Of a DNA stretch of 64,000 bases, positions 10,280 through 18,148 are shown piece by piece. The DNA is taken from NCBI GenBank assembly GCA_034926605.1, contig JAYFQV010000009.1, forward strand, positions 51,116 to 115,115, given 5' to 3'. The notes under the pieces were generated by a model. The model ran no database searches. It was not told the DNA's origin and saw nothing but the letters and a program-made list of their open reading frames with translations. The position numbers were made by a program, and so were the translations under genes. This DNA comes from Victivallaceae bacterium (GTDB taxonomy: Bacteria > Verrucomicrobiota > Lentisphaeria > Victivallales > Victivallaceae). Numbering within the stretch: position 1 is the first letter of the stretch; each line of letters starts with the position of its first letter.

Positions 10280-12675
10280 TTTTTATCGGGTTCCAGCCCG
10301 AGCGCACAAATTGCTCCGGAGATCAGAGTGAACAGCCGCATCCGGTCAAACCGTTCATCGGAGCGGTTGGCCAGTTCCCACCACATGGACACCAGTACGC
10401 CAAGCACTCCGGTACGCGGCGTGAACGGCGGGTTTTTCCAGCCGCCGGACGGGGTCAGCAGACGGCCCAGCGAGGCGGGTGACTGTTCCCGTCCGTAATC
10501 GATGGCGAACTCGTCGAGCAGCAGAAACAATATGGTGCGGGCCAGAAGTTCGTAAGTGCCGACGTCGAACATCGAGGTGAGCGCATCGGTCTTCGGTACG
10601 GGAACGGCGTTCCAAAGCTTCGGATTGGCAAATTCCCGGAGCAGGGCTTCGATTCCGGCGCCGGATGAGCGCAGTTCGGCATCGAATTGTTTGAATGCGC
10701 CGGATTTGTCGGAGGTGTTCCAGGCCCTGGTCATAGCCAGCAGAGTTTGGAATACCAGTATTTCATTGCCCGTGCCGAGATAGACCCGGAATATCGCCGG
10801 AGTGTCGGAATAGTCGCCGATCCGGCTCAGCGCCTCAGCGGCGGCGGCGTGCAGCAATGCGGATTTTCTGGAGTCCAGCAACCGGCGCAACGCCGGACGC
10901 GCCTCGGTGTTGCCGATCATCCCGAGCGCGAACACCGCCGCCTGCGCCACCGGCAGTTCCGGCTCGAACGCCAGGCTTGCGGCGGTATCGAACGCTTCCG
11001 GCGCGCGCATTCTGCCTAGCGCGCGCAATGCCGCCACCCGCATTCCCAGTTCGGGGTCCTTCGCCAGTTTTATCAGTTCGGCTATGACTTCCGGCGAAAC
11101 CTTGTCCAGCGTGCTCAAATGATTGACCGCCTCATCACGCACCCGGCTGGACGGGCTGTAAAGATCGGCCATAAGTTCGCTCGACACCATGCTGCCATGC
11201 AGGTTGGCAAGTTTGCCCACTCGCGATTCCTCGGAGAGCGGCCGCGCCATAACATAGCTCTGATATACCTGTCTTACCGCGTTTTCGGTTATGAGCACCC
11301 GCATCATCTCACGGGTGTTGACCGCGCCGTCTTCACGCAGTTTGCCGATCAGGAAGAGGCTGGCAAGGTACACCATGGCCGAGCAGAAGGCCATGAAATT
11401 GAAGGGGTGTATGCCGACCGTGTCAAACCACGCAACCTGCGCCAGCGACTCGTAAAGTTTGCCGGAGAAGATACCGGTCAGCGATCCGCAGAAGCCGATC
11501 AGCGAATAGAACATTGCAATTGCGACGCCCTGGATGCGCCGCTCACCCTGCGAAGTCAACAGCGACTGCTGCGCGGCGGCGATTCCCACCGCCGTAAAAC
11601 CGATCATCAGGAATATCGGCAGCACCGAGAATACGCCGGGCGGAAGGTGGAAAGTTCCCGCGCCGAACAGTGTGCATATCCTGGCGATTATCGAATTGGC
11701 GAAGTCGTCCAGCACCGTGTTGCCCGGGAACAGCGTGGCGTACAGCAAATACTCCCCGGCGACCAGCAGCGTACACAGCACCAGCACCGGTTTCCGGCCG
11801 TATTTGGTGCCTACGATCTGGAAAAAGTAGGAGGCGATGAAACTGACCGCCGCCGCAATCACCCCCAGAATTTGGAGTGTTTTCATGTCCATCTGCATGG
11901 TGCGGATAAGATAGACGTTTGTGAACGCTCCGCAGATGCCGCCGCCCGCCGCCTGAAGGCAGAAGAACAGCGTGACCGTGCGGAAGGTGCGGTGCTTTGC
12001 CACTTCCTTTATATGATTGAACGGATTTTCACGATCTTTGCGCGGGTATGGGTTGGGATCCGGAATCTTCATCTGGATGAAGCTGGATATGTAGCCGAAA
12101 AACGTGCCGAGCATCAGCATGTAGGTGTAGCTTCGTACATCCTTCGATCCCCAGTGGTCCAGCATGATGCCGGATATGATGCCGCTGATCATGCTGAACA
12201 GCATGTACATGCCGTTGCGTTTGCTCCAGAAGGCGTTGCTGGCGGCTTTCGGTACGAACTCGGCGTGCCATGTCATGCCGATCGGCGCGATGGCGTTGGA
12301 GCTTATCAGCACTCCGGCGTAGGTGCAGGCGAACAGAATAAATCCTGCGGCCGGGGAAAATCTGCCATAGAACCACACCAGTACGCCGAGCAGCCCGAAA
12401 AATGAGAACATTGAATAGGAGAAAAATCCCCAGTAATGGGTGCGGTGGAAAAAACGTTCCTGGACGTACAGCCCGATAAGCTGCAGCGGAACGAAAACGC
12501 CGCCAAGAGAGTTGATCAGCGCGATCTGCTTGGGTGAAAAGTCCAGCGCGACTTCCAGCCCGGACATGATCGGGCCTCCGACAAACGCGGCGTAAAAACT
12601 CCAAAGCACCGCCGCCCAAATGGAAATGGTCATGCCGCGCTTGATCTGTCGAGGCGAATAGCTTATCTGGTCCAT
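10276..12675 (-). CDS. MFS-type transporter fused to a C-terminal HEAT / PBS-lyase repeat domain
   Basis: 799 aa. The N-terminal 450 aa or so form multiple TM helices. The C-terminus carries repeated ...AVNHLSTL..., ...RVAALRALGRM..., ...AVFALGMIGN..., ...AAAEALSRIGD... HEAT-like repeats. Confidence 0.6.
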   Translation of the reverse strand: MDQISYSPRQIKRGMTISIWAAVLWSFYAAFVGGPIMSGLEVALDFSPKQIALINSLGGVFVPLQLIGLYVQERFFHRTHYWGFFSYSMFSFFGLLGVLVWFYGRFSPAAGFILFACTYAGVLISSNAIAPIGMTWHAEFVPKAASNAFWSKRNGMYMLFSMISGIISGIMLDHWGSKDVRSYTYMLMLGTFFGYISSFIQMKIPDPNPYPRKDRENPFNHIKEVAKHRTFRTVTLFFCLQAAGGGICGAFTNVYLIRTMQMDMKTLQILGVIAAAVSFIASYFFQIVGTKYGRKPVLVLCTLLVAGEYLLYATLFPGNTVLDDFANSIIARICTLFGAGTFHLPPGVFSVLPIFLMIGFTAVGIAAAQQSLLTSQGERRIQGVAIAMFYSLIGFCGSLTGIFSGKLYESLAQVAWFDTVGIHPFNFMAFCSAMVYLASLFLIGKLREDGAVNTREMMRVLITENAVRQVYQSYVMARPLSEESRVGKLANLHGSMVSSELMADLYSPSSRVRDEAVNHLSTLDKVSPEVIAELIKLAKDPELGMRVAALRALGRMRAPEAFDTAASLAFEPELPVAQAAVFALGMIGNTEARPALRRLLDSRKSALLHAAAAEALSRIGDYSDTPAIFRVYLGTGNEILVFQTLLAMTRAWNTSDKSGAFKQFDAELRSSGAGIEALLREFANPKLWNAVPVPKTDALTSMFDVGTYELLARTILFLLLDEFAIDYGREQSPASLGRLLTPSGGWKNPPFTPRTGVLGVLVSMWWELANRSDERFDRMRLFTLISGAICALGLEPDKK

Positions 12676-12841
12676 AGCATCGTTTCCTTACCTGGATCGG
12701 AAAAATTTCAAGAAATATACTTCTTCGCTTCGAAGGTTCAAGTTTCAATTACAACAAAAAAACATCTTTTTCCGGCGTTTTTGTGCCATGACGAGAAGGA
12801 CGGCCGGAGCCGTCCCATTAGTTCTGCGAATAAAAGTGTCG

Positions 12842-13516
12842 TCAATTGTTGTCGGAATCGTAATTATCCTGGCCTGACAAGTCATAGTCGTGCAGCACCA
12901 TGCCGCTGTTGTCGAGGATATAGCCGCACTTCGATTGTTTGAACAGGCCGCTGGTATCGCGGGTGTCTCCCACATGGCCGTCGGCATAGGCCAGGTTGCC
13001 GACTCCGTTGTGGCGGCCGCAAAGGCCGAGATTGCTGCCGTAATCAGTGCTCCGGTAGAAAGCGCAATACTGTGTGCCGGCCGGGGCGCCGGTGCTGTTT
13101 TGGTTTGTCTTCCACGCACAGGCGGTATTCTCGAGCACCACATAATAGATGGATGAACTCGGAATCTTATCCATAATTAATGATACAAAGAGGGTATCTT
13201 ATCGGATCAATGGCGTTGGTTTCGAGATATTCGCCACCGTAGTCCTCATCGGACTTGTCATTTTCGACAAAATAAGGGGTTCCATAGCCGGCGCTGCCAT
13301 AGGCGAGCATGCCGGTCTCTTCGCCGGCCGGGCACAGCGGGCCTGTGGGGCCGTTGCCGCCGAAATTGCTTCGGCTCCGTTTCTGGCAAAGTTTGAGTCC
13401 GTAACCAATAGGAATCAGATGTGCGCAAAACTTCGGACACTACCAAGAATCGCGATGATTGCGATTACAGCCAGAAGCTCGATCAATGTGAGTTTGTTCT
13501 TCATAATAATAAACAT
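12842..13516 (-). pseudogene. Disrupted prepilin-type N-terminal cleavage/methylation domain protein (DUF1559-like, C-terminal DGHV motif), split across three reading frames
   Basis: On the minus strand, 13516 down to about 13418 encodes MFIIMKNKLTLIELLAVIAIIAILGSV..., a classical prepilin leader plus hydrophobic helix, and then hits a stop after about 33 aa. A second frame continues as ...GYGLKLCQKRSRSNFGGNGPTGPLCPAGEETGMLAYGSAGYGTPYFVENDK.... A third frame (12842-13174) ends ...NLAYADGHVGDTR..., typical of PVC-group pilin-like proteins. The interruptions could be sequencing frameshifts or genuine decay. Confidence 0.55.
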
Positions 13517-13657
13517 CTTGAATAGTTGTATTACATTGCCATATAGTAGCAATCACATAATATTGAGGGATACAATGCCATAGTCGCAAGGAAATGGGAT
13601 TATTTGGGGTCATGCTTGTGAACGATCATGAAAATTGAAAAAAAATGAAAAAAACTG

Positions 13658-13685
13658 TTGACATTCGATAAAACGGTAATATGTT
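13658..13685 (+). promoter_or_regulatory. Candidate sigma70-like promoter (TTGACA, 16-nt spacer, TATGTT) in an AT-rich region upstream of the 13774 gene
   Basis: TTGACA at 13658-13663 and TATGTT at 13680-13685. The surrounding 250 nt is unusually AT-rich for this genome. Confidence 0.3.
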
Positions 13686-13773
13686 AAGACATGTAAGCGT
13701 GGAATATTAAAAAAGCGGTGGTGGAGTGTAAAGCTTCGCCGTACGCAAATCAACCAAAAATGGAGCTGAAAGT

Positions 13774-14586
13774 ATGAGTCAGGAAATCATTACTTACCTT
13801 TTGGGTGCGGTGGTGCTTATTGCGCTGGGCGTCATCTATTTCTGCAACAAACAGCAGGGCAATCCGAAAATGCAGACTCTGTCGCTTGTCATGCTGGTGG
13901 TGGCGGTGGCTGCCGGCGGATTTTTGATTTGGAACATGATTTTCGGCAATACCGCCGATCAGGACAGGATCAAGTCCAGCGATGTTCTTTATGCCTCTCA
14001 AGGATTTAAATTCGGCAAGATGATTTCCGAGGCCAACGCCGGGAGCAACGTCTTGGTGTTGATGGAGGAGAATGCGGCGGACCGCGCCGAAAACGTCAAA
14101 GACAGCCGGGAGGCGATGTTCATCGAAGCAATGAAGCAAGCCGATCCCGGTTTGAACGTCAGTATTGTGGTTCCGCAGGCCAAGATGGCCGCCGATTTGC
14201 CTGAAGGGATGCGTCAATCTCTCACTTTCGGCAAGATTGTTACTGCCGATGATTTTAACAAGGCTATCGACGGCAAGAATGCCACTGCCATCGTGTTTGC
14301 CTGTCAGCTTCCCCAGAGCTTTACCGTTGTCGATAACGGTTATGGTTCTGGTGTCCTTCCCGACAGTTTTAAGTGCTTCAAGAAAAACGCGGCTGAAAAG
14401 CTGCCGGTTTATATGACCGATCTTTCGATCAGTCCTAAATACGCGGCCGAAATGCTGGCTCAGAAGCGTATCGCCGGTGCAGTCGCGCGCAACAGCGGTG
14501 AGAAGGGCGAGGTTTCTCCGGACAACTATGAAGCGGCTTTCAATGTCGGCTGGAAGCTGGTTGAACCCGCTGCGTCCCGCCGCTAA
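13774..14586 (+). CDS. Hypothetical membrane-anchored protein (two N-terminal TM helices, soluble C-terminal domain)
   Basis: 270-aa ORF. The N-terminus has two hydrophobic segments. A terminator follows. Confidence 0.55.
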   Translation: MSQEIITYLLGAVVLIALGVIYFCNKQQGNPKMQTLSLVMLVVAVAAGGFLIWNMIFGNTADQDRIKSSDVLYASQGFKFGKMISEANAGSNVLVLMEENAADRAENVKDSREAMFIEAMKQADPGLNVSIVVPQAKMAADLPEGMRQSLTFGKIVTADDFNKAIDGKNATAIVFACQLPQSFTVVDNGYGSGVLPDSFKCFKKNAAEKLPVYMTDLSISPKYAAEMLAQKRIAGAVARNSGEKGEVSPDNYEAAFNVGWKLVEPAASRR

Positions 14587-14604
14587 TCGGGTGTAGTAAA
14601 TGTC

Positions 14605-14629
14605 AAGCCGCCTTCGGGCGGCTTTTTTT
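14605..14629 (+). terminator. Rho-independent terminator
   Basis: AAGCCGCC-TTCG-GGCGGCTT hairpin followed by TTTTT. Confidence 0.75.
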
Positions 14630-14646
14630 ATGCAGGTTGTTATTAA

Positions 14647-15438
14647 ATGATCAGCCGTAAAAAAATGGAGAAAGGCCCGGCGTGGCGTAAACTTCGCGCC
14701 AAACTTGGCAGCGCGGCGGTCACCTACCGCATGATCAATCCGGGGGACCGCATTCTAGTCGGTGTTTCCGGCGGCTGCGACTCCATGATAATGCTGGCTC
14801 TGCTGGCCGCCCTGCGCCGGCGTGCCCCGATAAAGTTCGAGCTGCTTGCCGCCACTTTCGATCCCGGGTTCCCGAAGTTCGGCCTTGACCGGATCCGGCG
14901 TTTTGCAAAGAGTCTTGATGTGGAGTTTGTCTCGGCCGGGGTGGACATTCCGGGTCTGCTGGCTGAAAAGCGGGCGGACGAACATCCCTGCGTTCTGTGT
15001 TCGAGGTTGCGGCGCGGCGTTCTTTATACTCTCGCCGAAAAGCACGGTTGTTCCAAACTGGCGCTGGCTCAGCATTTGGACGATGCCGCTGCATCTTTGC
15101 TGATGGGAATGTTTCGCGGACATGGGCTTGCCACCATGGGCCCCAACGTTTCGGCCGACGATCATCCGGTCCGGGTGATCCGACCGTTGATTTTTGCTGA
15201 GAAAAGCGAAATAAAAGCGGTGGCAGGAGAGTTAAAGATGCGGTTTTTCGAGCGCTGCCCGTATGCCGGAACGCTCAAAAGGAGCGGAGACCGTGCTTAC
15301 TTTGAGCGACTGATTGCCGGCCTGGATAAACGTATCCCGAATGTTCGCGGGCTGATGTTGCGTTCGATGTCCGATCTGCGCCCCGGGCATCTGCTGGATC
15401 CGAACTTTATATTTCCAGAGCATCCGCCAGAGCGATAA
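14647..15438 (+). CDS. ttcA: tRNA 2-thiocytidine(32) synthetase TtcA (PP-loop ATPase)
   Basis: SGGCDS PP-loop. CxxC pairs CVLCSRLRRG ... HLDDAAASLLM as in TtcA. Confidence 0.75.
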   Translation: MISRKKMEKGPAWRKLRAKLGSAAVTYRMINPGDRILVGVSGGCDSMIMLALLAALRRRAPIKFELLAATFDPGFPKFGLDRIRRFAKSLDVEFVSAGVDIPGLLAEKRADEHPCVLCSRLRRGVLYTLAEKHGCSKLALAQHLDDAAASLLMGMFRGHGLATMGPNVSADDHPVRVIRPLIFAEKSEIKAVAGELKMRFFERCPYAGTLKRSGDRAYFERLIAGLDKRIPNVRGLMLRSMSDLRPGHLLDPNFIFPEHPPER

Positions 15439-16249
15439 ACTCCTTCACCGAAAGCGCTTCCGGCCGGGCGTCCGTGTTGACTCCTATGGTCGCGAGAACC
15501 TCGCGTATCCGTTCCGCGCCGAACTCTGTTCCGAGCGTGTTGGTCAATTTCTTGCGTCGCTGGTTGAACGCCATGCGAGCCAGCCGGTCAACCCGCTGCC
15601 GAACCTTTTCCGGAGGCATATCGGCAAGCAGTTCCGCCTCCAGCAGAGCGGATTCCACTTCCGGCGGCGGGAAAAAAACTTCCGGCGGCACCAGCCTCAC
15701 CAGTTTCAGCCGGTATAGCATGCCGGCCCGAACCGAAAGCGCTCCGTAATTTCCACAGCCGGGAACGGCGGACAGCCGCTGGGCCATTTCTTTCTGGAGC
15801 ATAAAGAAACATCCTTCAGGCGGTTCCTTCAGTTCCAGCAGTCTGGCGATGAAAACCGAACTTATCGAATATGGCAGATTCGCCACCGCACGGAACGGCC
15901 GCGGCACCACCGAATCGAAGTCTACCTTGCAGGCATCGCCTTCTATCAGGTGAAAATTCGGTTCATTGCCGAGTTCGCGGCGAAGATACTCGCAAAGACG
16001 ACGGTCGAACTCGATTGAATATACGTGCGCCCCGGCTTCCAGCATCTTGCGGGTCAGCGCCCCGAATCCGGGGCCGACCTCGAGGATATTCATACCGGCC
16101 GCGACTTTGGCCGATCGCACGATGCAGTCCAGCAGGTTGTTGTCCAGCAGGAAATTTTGGCCGAGGCCGCGACCGGGCCGCATCCCGCAGGCGGCCAGAG
16201 CTTCCGTCAATTGTTGTTTGTTCATGCTATAATATATCATCTTTTTCAC
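15407..16249 (-). CDS. rsmA: 16S rRNA (adenine1518/1519-N6)-dimethyltransferase RsmA/KsgA. The true start is probably the internal ATG near 16224 (MNKQQL...).
   Basis: GQNFL motif, SAM-binding LEVGPGFGALT, C-terminal KsgA region. The longest ORF begins with GTG at 16249. Confidence 0.8.
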   Translation of the reverse strand: MKKMIYYSMNKQQLTEALAACGMRPGRGLGQNFLLDNNLLDCIVRSAKVAAGMNILEVGPGFGALTRKMLEAGAHVYSIEFDRRLCEYLRRELGNEPNFHLIEGDACKVDFDSVVPRPFRAVANLPYSISSVFIARLLELKEPPEGCFFMLQKEMAQRLSAVPGCGNYGALSVRAGMLYRLKLVRLVPPEVFFPPPEVESALLEAELLADMPPEKVRQRVDRLARMAFNQRRKKLTNTLGTEFGAERIREVLATIGVNTDARPEALSVKEFIALADALEI

Positions 16250-16325
16250 AAAAATACTAAAAGCGGTGTTGATTTTTACGTGAAAACGCGGTAGATTATG
16301 ATAATTCTAAAGGGATAACATAAAA

Positions 16326-17405
16326 ATGTTGAGATTGTTGAAAACCGCGCTTGTCGCGGGAGTGCTGATAATGTCGTTTGCTCTCCGCGCCGGTGACGAG
16401 GATGCCCGCGCTTTGCTCAAGCAGGCCAATGCCGAATTCAAGGAACAGGACTACAACAGCGCAGCCAAAACCGCACTCGACGCCGAACATATGGCCGACA
16501 CTCCACAGGTCAAGGCCATGGCGGTTTCGCTGGCGGTGCAAAGCTATCGCAAGGCAGGACTTTATTACCGCGAGTTCGAAAATATTGAGAAACTGCTCAA
16601 CAACTATTCATCATACGCCGATTTTGATGCATTGGTGAAGCGTGAATTCGAAATCGCCGACGCCTGCTTTGCCGGCCATCGCGACCCCGCGTATTACTCC
16701 CTGCGGTGGATACCATGGATGCTCGACGAAGACCGCTCCATAGAAATATACGAAAAGGCTATTTCCCACGCGCCGTATGCTTCCCAGTCGCCGGACGCGA
16801 AATTGCGGACCGCGGTCAGGATGCTTGAGACCGGCAAGGACTTCGACAAGCCGATTGCCCTGCTGCGCAGCATCGTCAAGGATTACCCGGACACGCCGGA
16901 AGCGAAATCCGCCCGGCTTCATCTCGGTGTGGCTCTGGCAAAACTCGCCAAGTACGGCGACGGTGACGGTGCCTACAACCGCGAGGCGATTCAAGTCCTT
17001 AACGAGTTCAAGCTGAAGTATCCCGAATCACCCGAGATTCCATACGTCAACATCCTTATTGCCGAAACCCGCGATATTCAGGCCAAACGCCTGCTCGAGA
17101 CCGCCGAGTTTTACCGTAAAAACGAGCGTCCGGAAGCCGCTCAGCGCTACCTCGGAGAAGTGATCCGGCTTTATCCCAACACCGCCAGCGCCGACTCCGC
17201 CGAACGGGCGCTTACCGATATGGATAAGACTTATATCCCGCAACCGCTGCAGCCAACTCCCGACCAGACTATCCAGACTTACGATGCATATCCGCTGCCG
17301 CCCTCCGGCGGCGATCTGATGATTGCTCCCCAGGACAGCGACGGCAAATATCTGCTTCCGATCCGTGACCTCGGTATCGGAAAGCCCATTCAGGAGAAAA
17401 AATGA
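16326..17405 (+). CDS. TPR-repeat protein, BamD/YfiO-like
   Basis: 359 aa with a signal peptide and TPR-like helical repeats. The C-terminus is Pro-rich. Lies upstream of the LptE-like gene with overlap. No lipobox Cys, so a BamD assignment is tentative. Confidence 0.4.
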   Translation: MLRLLKTALVAGVLIMSFALRAGDEDARALLKQANAEFKEQDYNSAAKTALDAEHMADTPQVKAMAVSLAVQSYRKAGLYYREFENIEKLLNNYSSYADFDALVKREFEIADACFAGHRDPAYYSLRWIPWMLDEDRSIEIYEKAISHAPYASQSPDAKLRTAVRMLETGKDFDKPIALLRSIVKDYPDTPEAKSARLHLGVALAKLAKYGDGDGAYNREAIQVLNEFKLKYPESPEIPYVNILIAETRDIQAKRLLETAEFYRKNERPEAAQRYLGEVIRLYPNTASADSAERALTDMDKTYIPQPLQPTPDQTIQTYDAYPLPPSGGDLMIAPQDSDGKYLLPIRDLGIGKPIQEKK

Positions 17406-17902
17406 AGAAACTCATTTTGCTGTTGCCGCTGATTTTGGCCGCAAGTTGCTACCACTGCGGATCTCTGATGCATCCGCAGGTACAGTCCATCGCAATCGCG
17501 CCGGTGGTTAACGAGACCGCCGCCTACAACCTTGCCAGCGAAATGCGCATGGCCTTGTCCGAACAGTTCATGACCGACGGCAGTCTCACGGTGCGCGACC
17601 TCAATACCGCCGACTGCATTCTTAACGCCCGTGTTATCGAAGTCACCTATATAGAGATCAGCGACGACTCTTATGACAGCGACGTCATATATCGCCCCAC
17701 CGAGTGGCGCGTTACCGTCACCATGGAATTCAAAGTCATCATTCCCGGCAATCGCGAACCGCTTGTTTCCACCCGCACCGTTACCGGCGATTCCATGTTT
17801 CAGGTGCAGGCCGATCTCGCAACCAACCAGCATCAGGCCACTTTGCGCGCTTGTGCAAACGCCGCTAAAGCCGCGGTTGTCGCCACCACCGAAGCCTGGT
17901 AG
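17402..17902 (+). CDS. Lipoprotein, LptE-like (LPS-assembly lipoprotein fold candidate)
   Basis: MKKLILLLPLILAASC lipobox. The segment TVTMEFKVIIPGNREPLVSTRTVTGDSMF resembles the LptE core [24 protein letters not shown]. Confidence 0.4.
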   Translation: MKKLILLLPLILAASCYHCGSLMHPQVQSIAIAPVVNETAAYNLASEMRMALSEQFMTDGSLTVRDLNTADCILNARVIEVTYIEISDDSYDSDVIYRPTEWRVTVTMEFKVIIPGNREPLVSTRTVTGDSMFQVQADLATNQHQATLRACANAAKAAVVATTEAW

Positions 17903-17904
17903 TT

Positions 17905-18035
17905 TTTGCTTGCCCGCGCGGCGGATTTTGCGCCTTGCCGGTCGTCGTCGCTCGGTCAAGTACAGTCGTACGCTCCTTCGCTTCTCCTCGGGCAAAACGC
18001 AAAATCCATCCGCGCGAGCTAAGCAAAAACCTCTC
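17905..18035. terminator. Long imperfect inverted repeat (arms about 30 nt) flanked by a T-run on the left and an A-run on the right. Probable bidirectional terminator between convergent genes.
   Basis: Left arm TTTTTGCTTGCCCGCGCGGCGGATTTTGCG. Right arm CGCAAAATCCATCCGCGCGAGCTAAGCAAAAAC. Confidence 0.5.
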
Positions 18036-18148
18036 TGTGAGCTGGCGTTGGTAACGCGGCTCGCTTCGCTTGAACCACCTGATTTCTATGCAAAAAAAGC
18101 GCCCCCCGATTCGCAAGATGCTAACCGGAAGGCGCCGGGGTGGATATA

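Noticed and set aside
11119-12405. 428-aa plus-strand ORF
   Set aside because: Antisense to the MFS-HEAT gene. The product has no TM or fold-like features and is His/Arg/Gln-rich.
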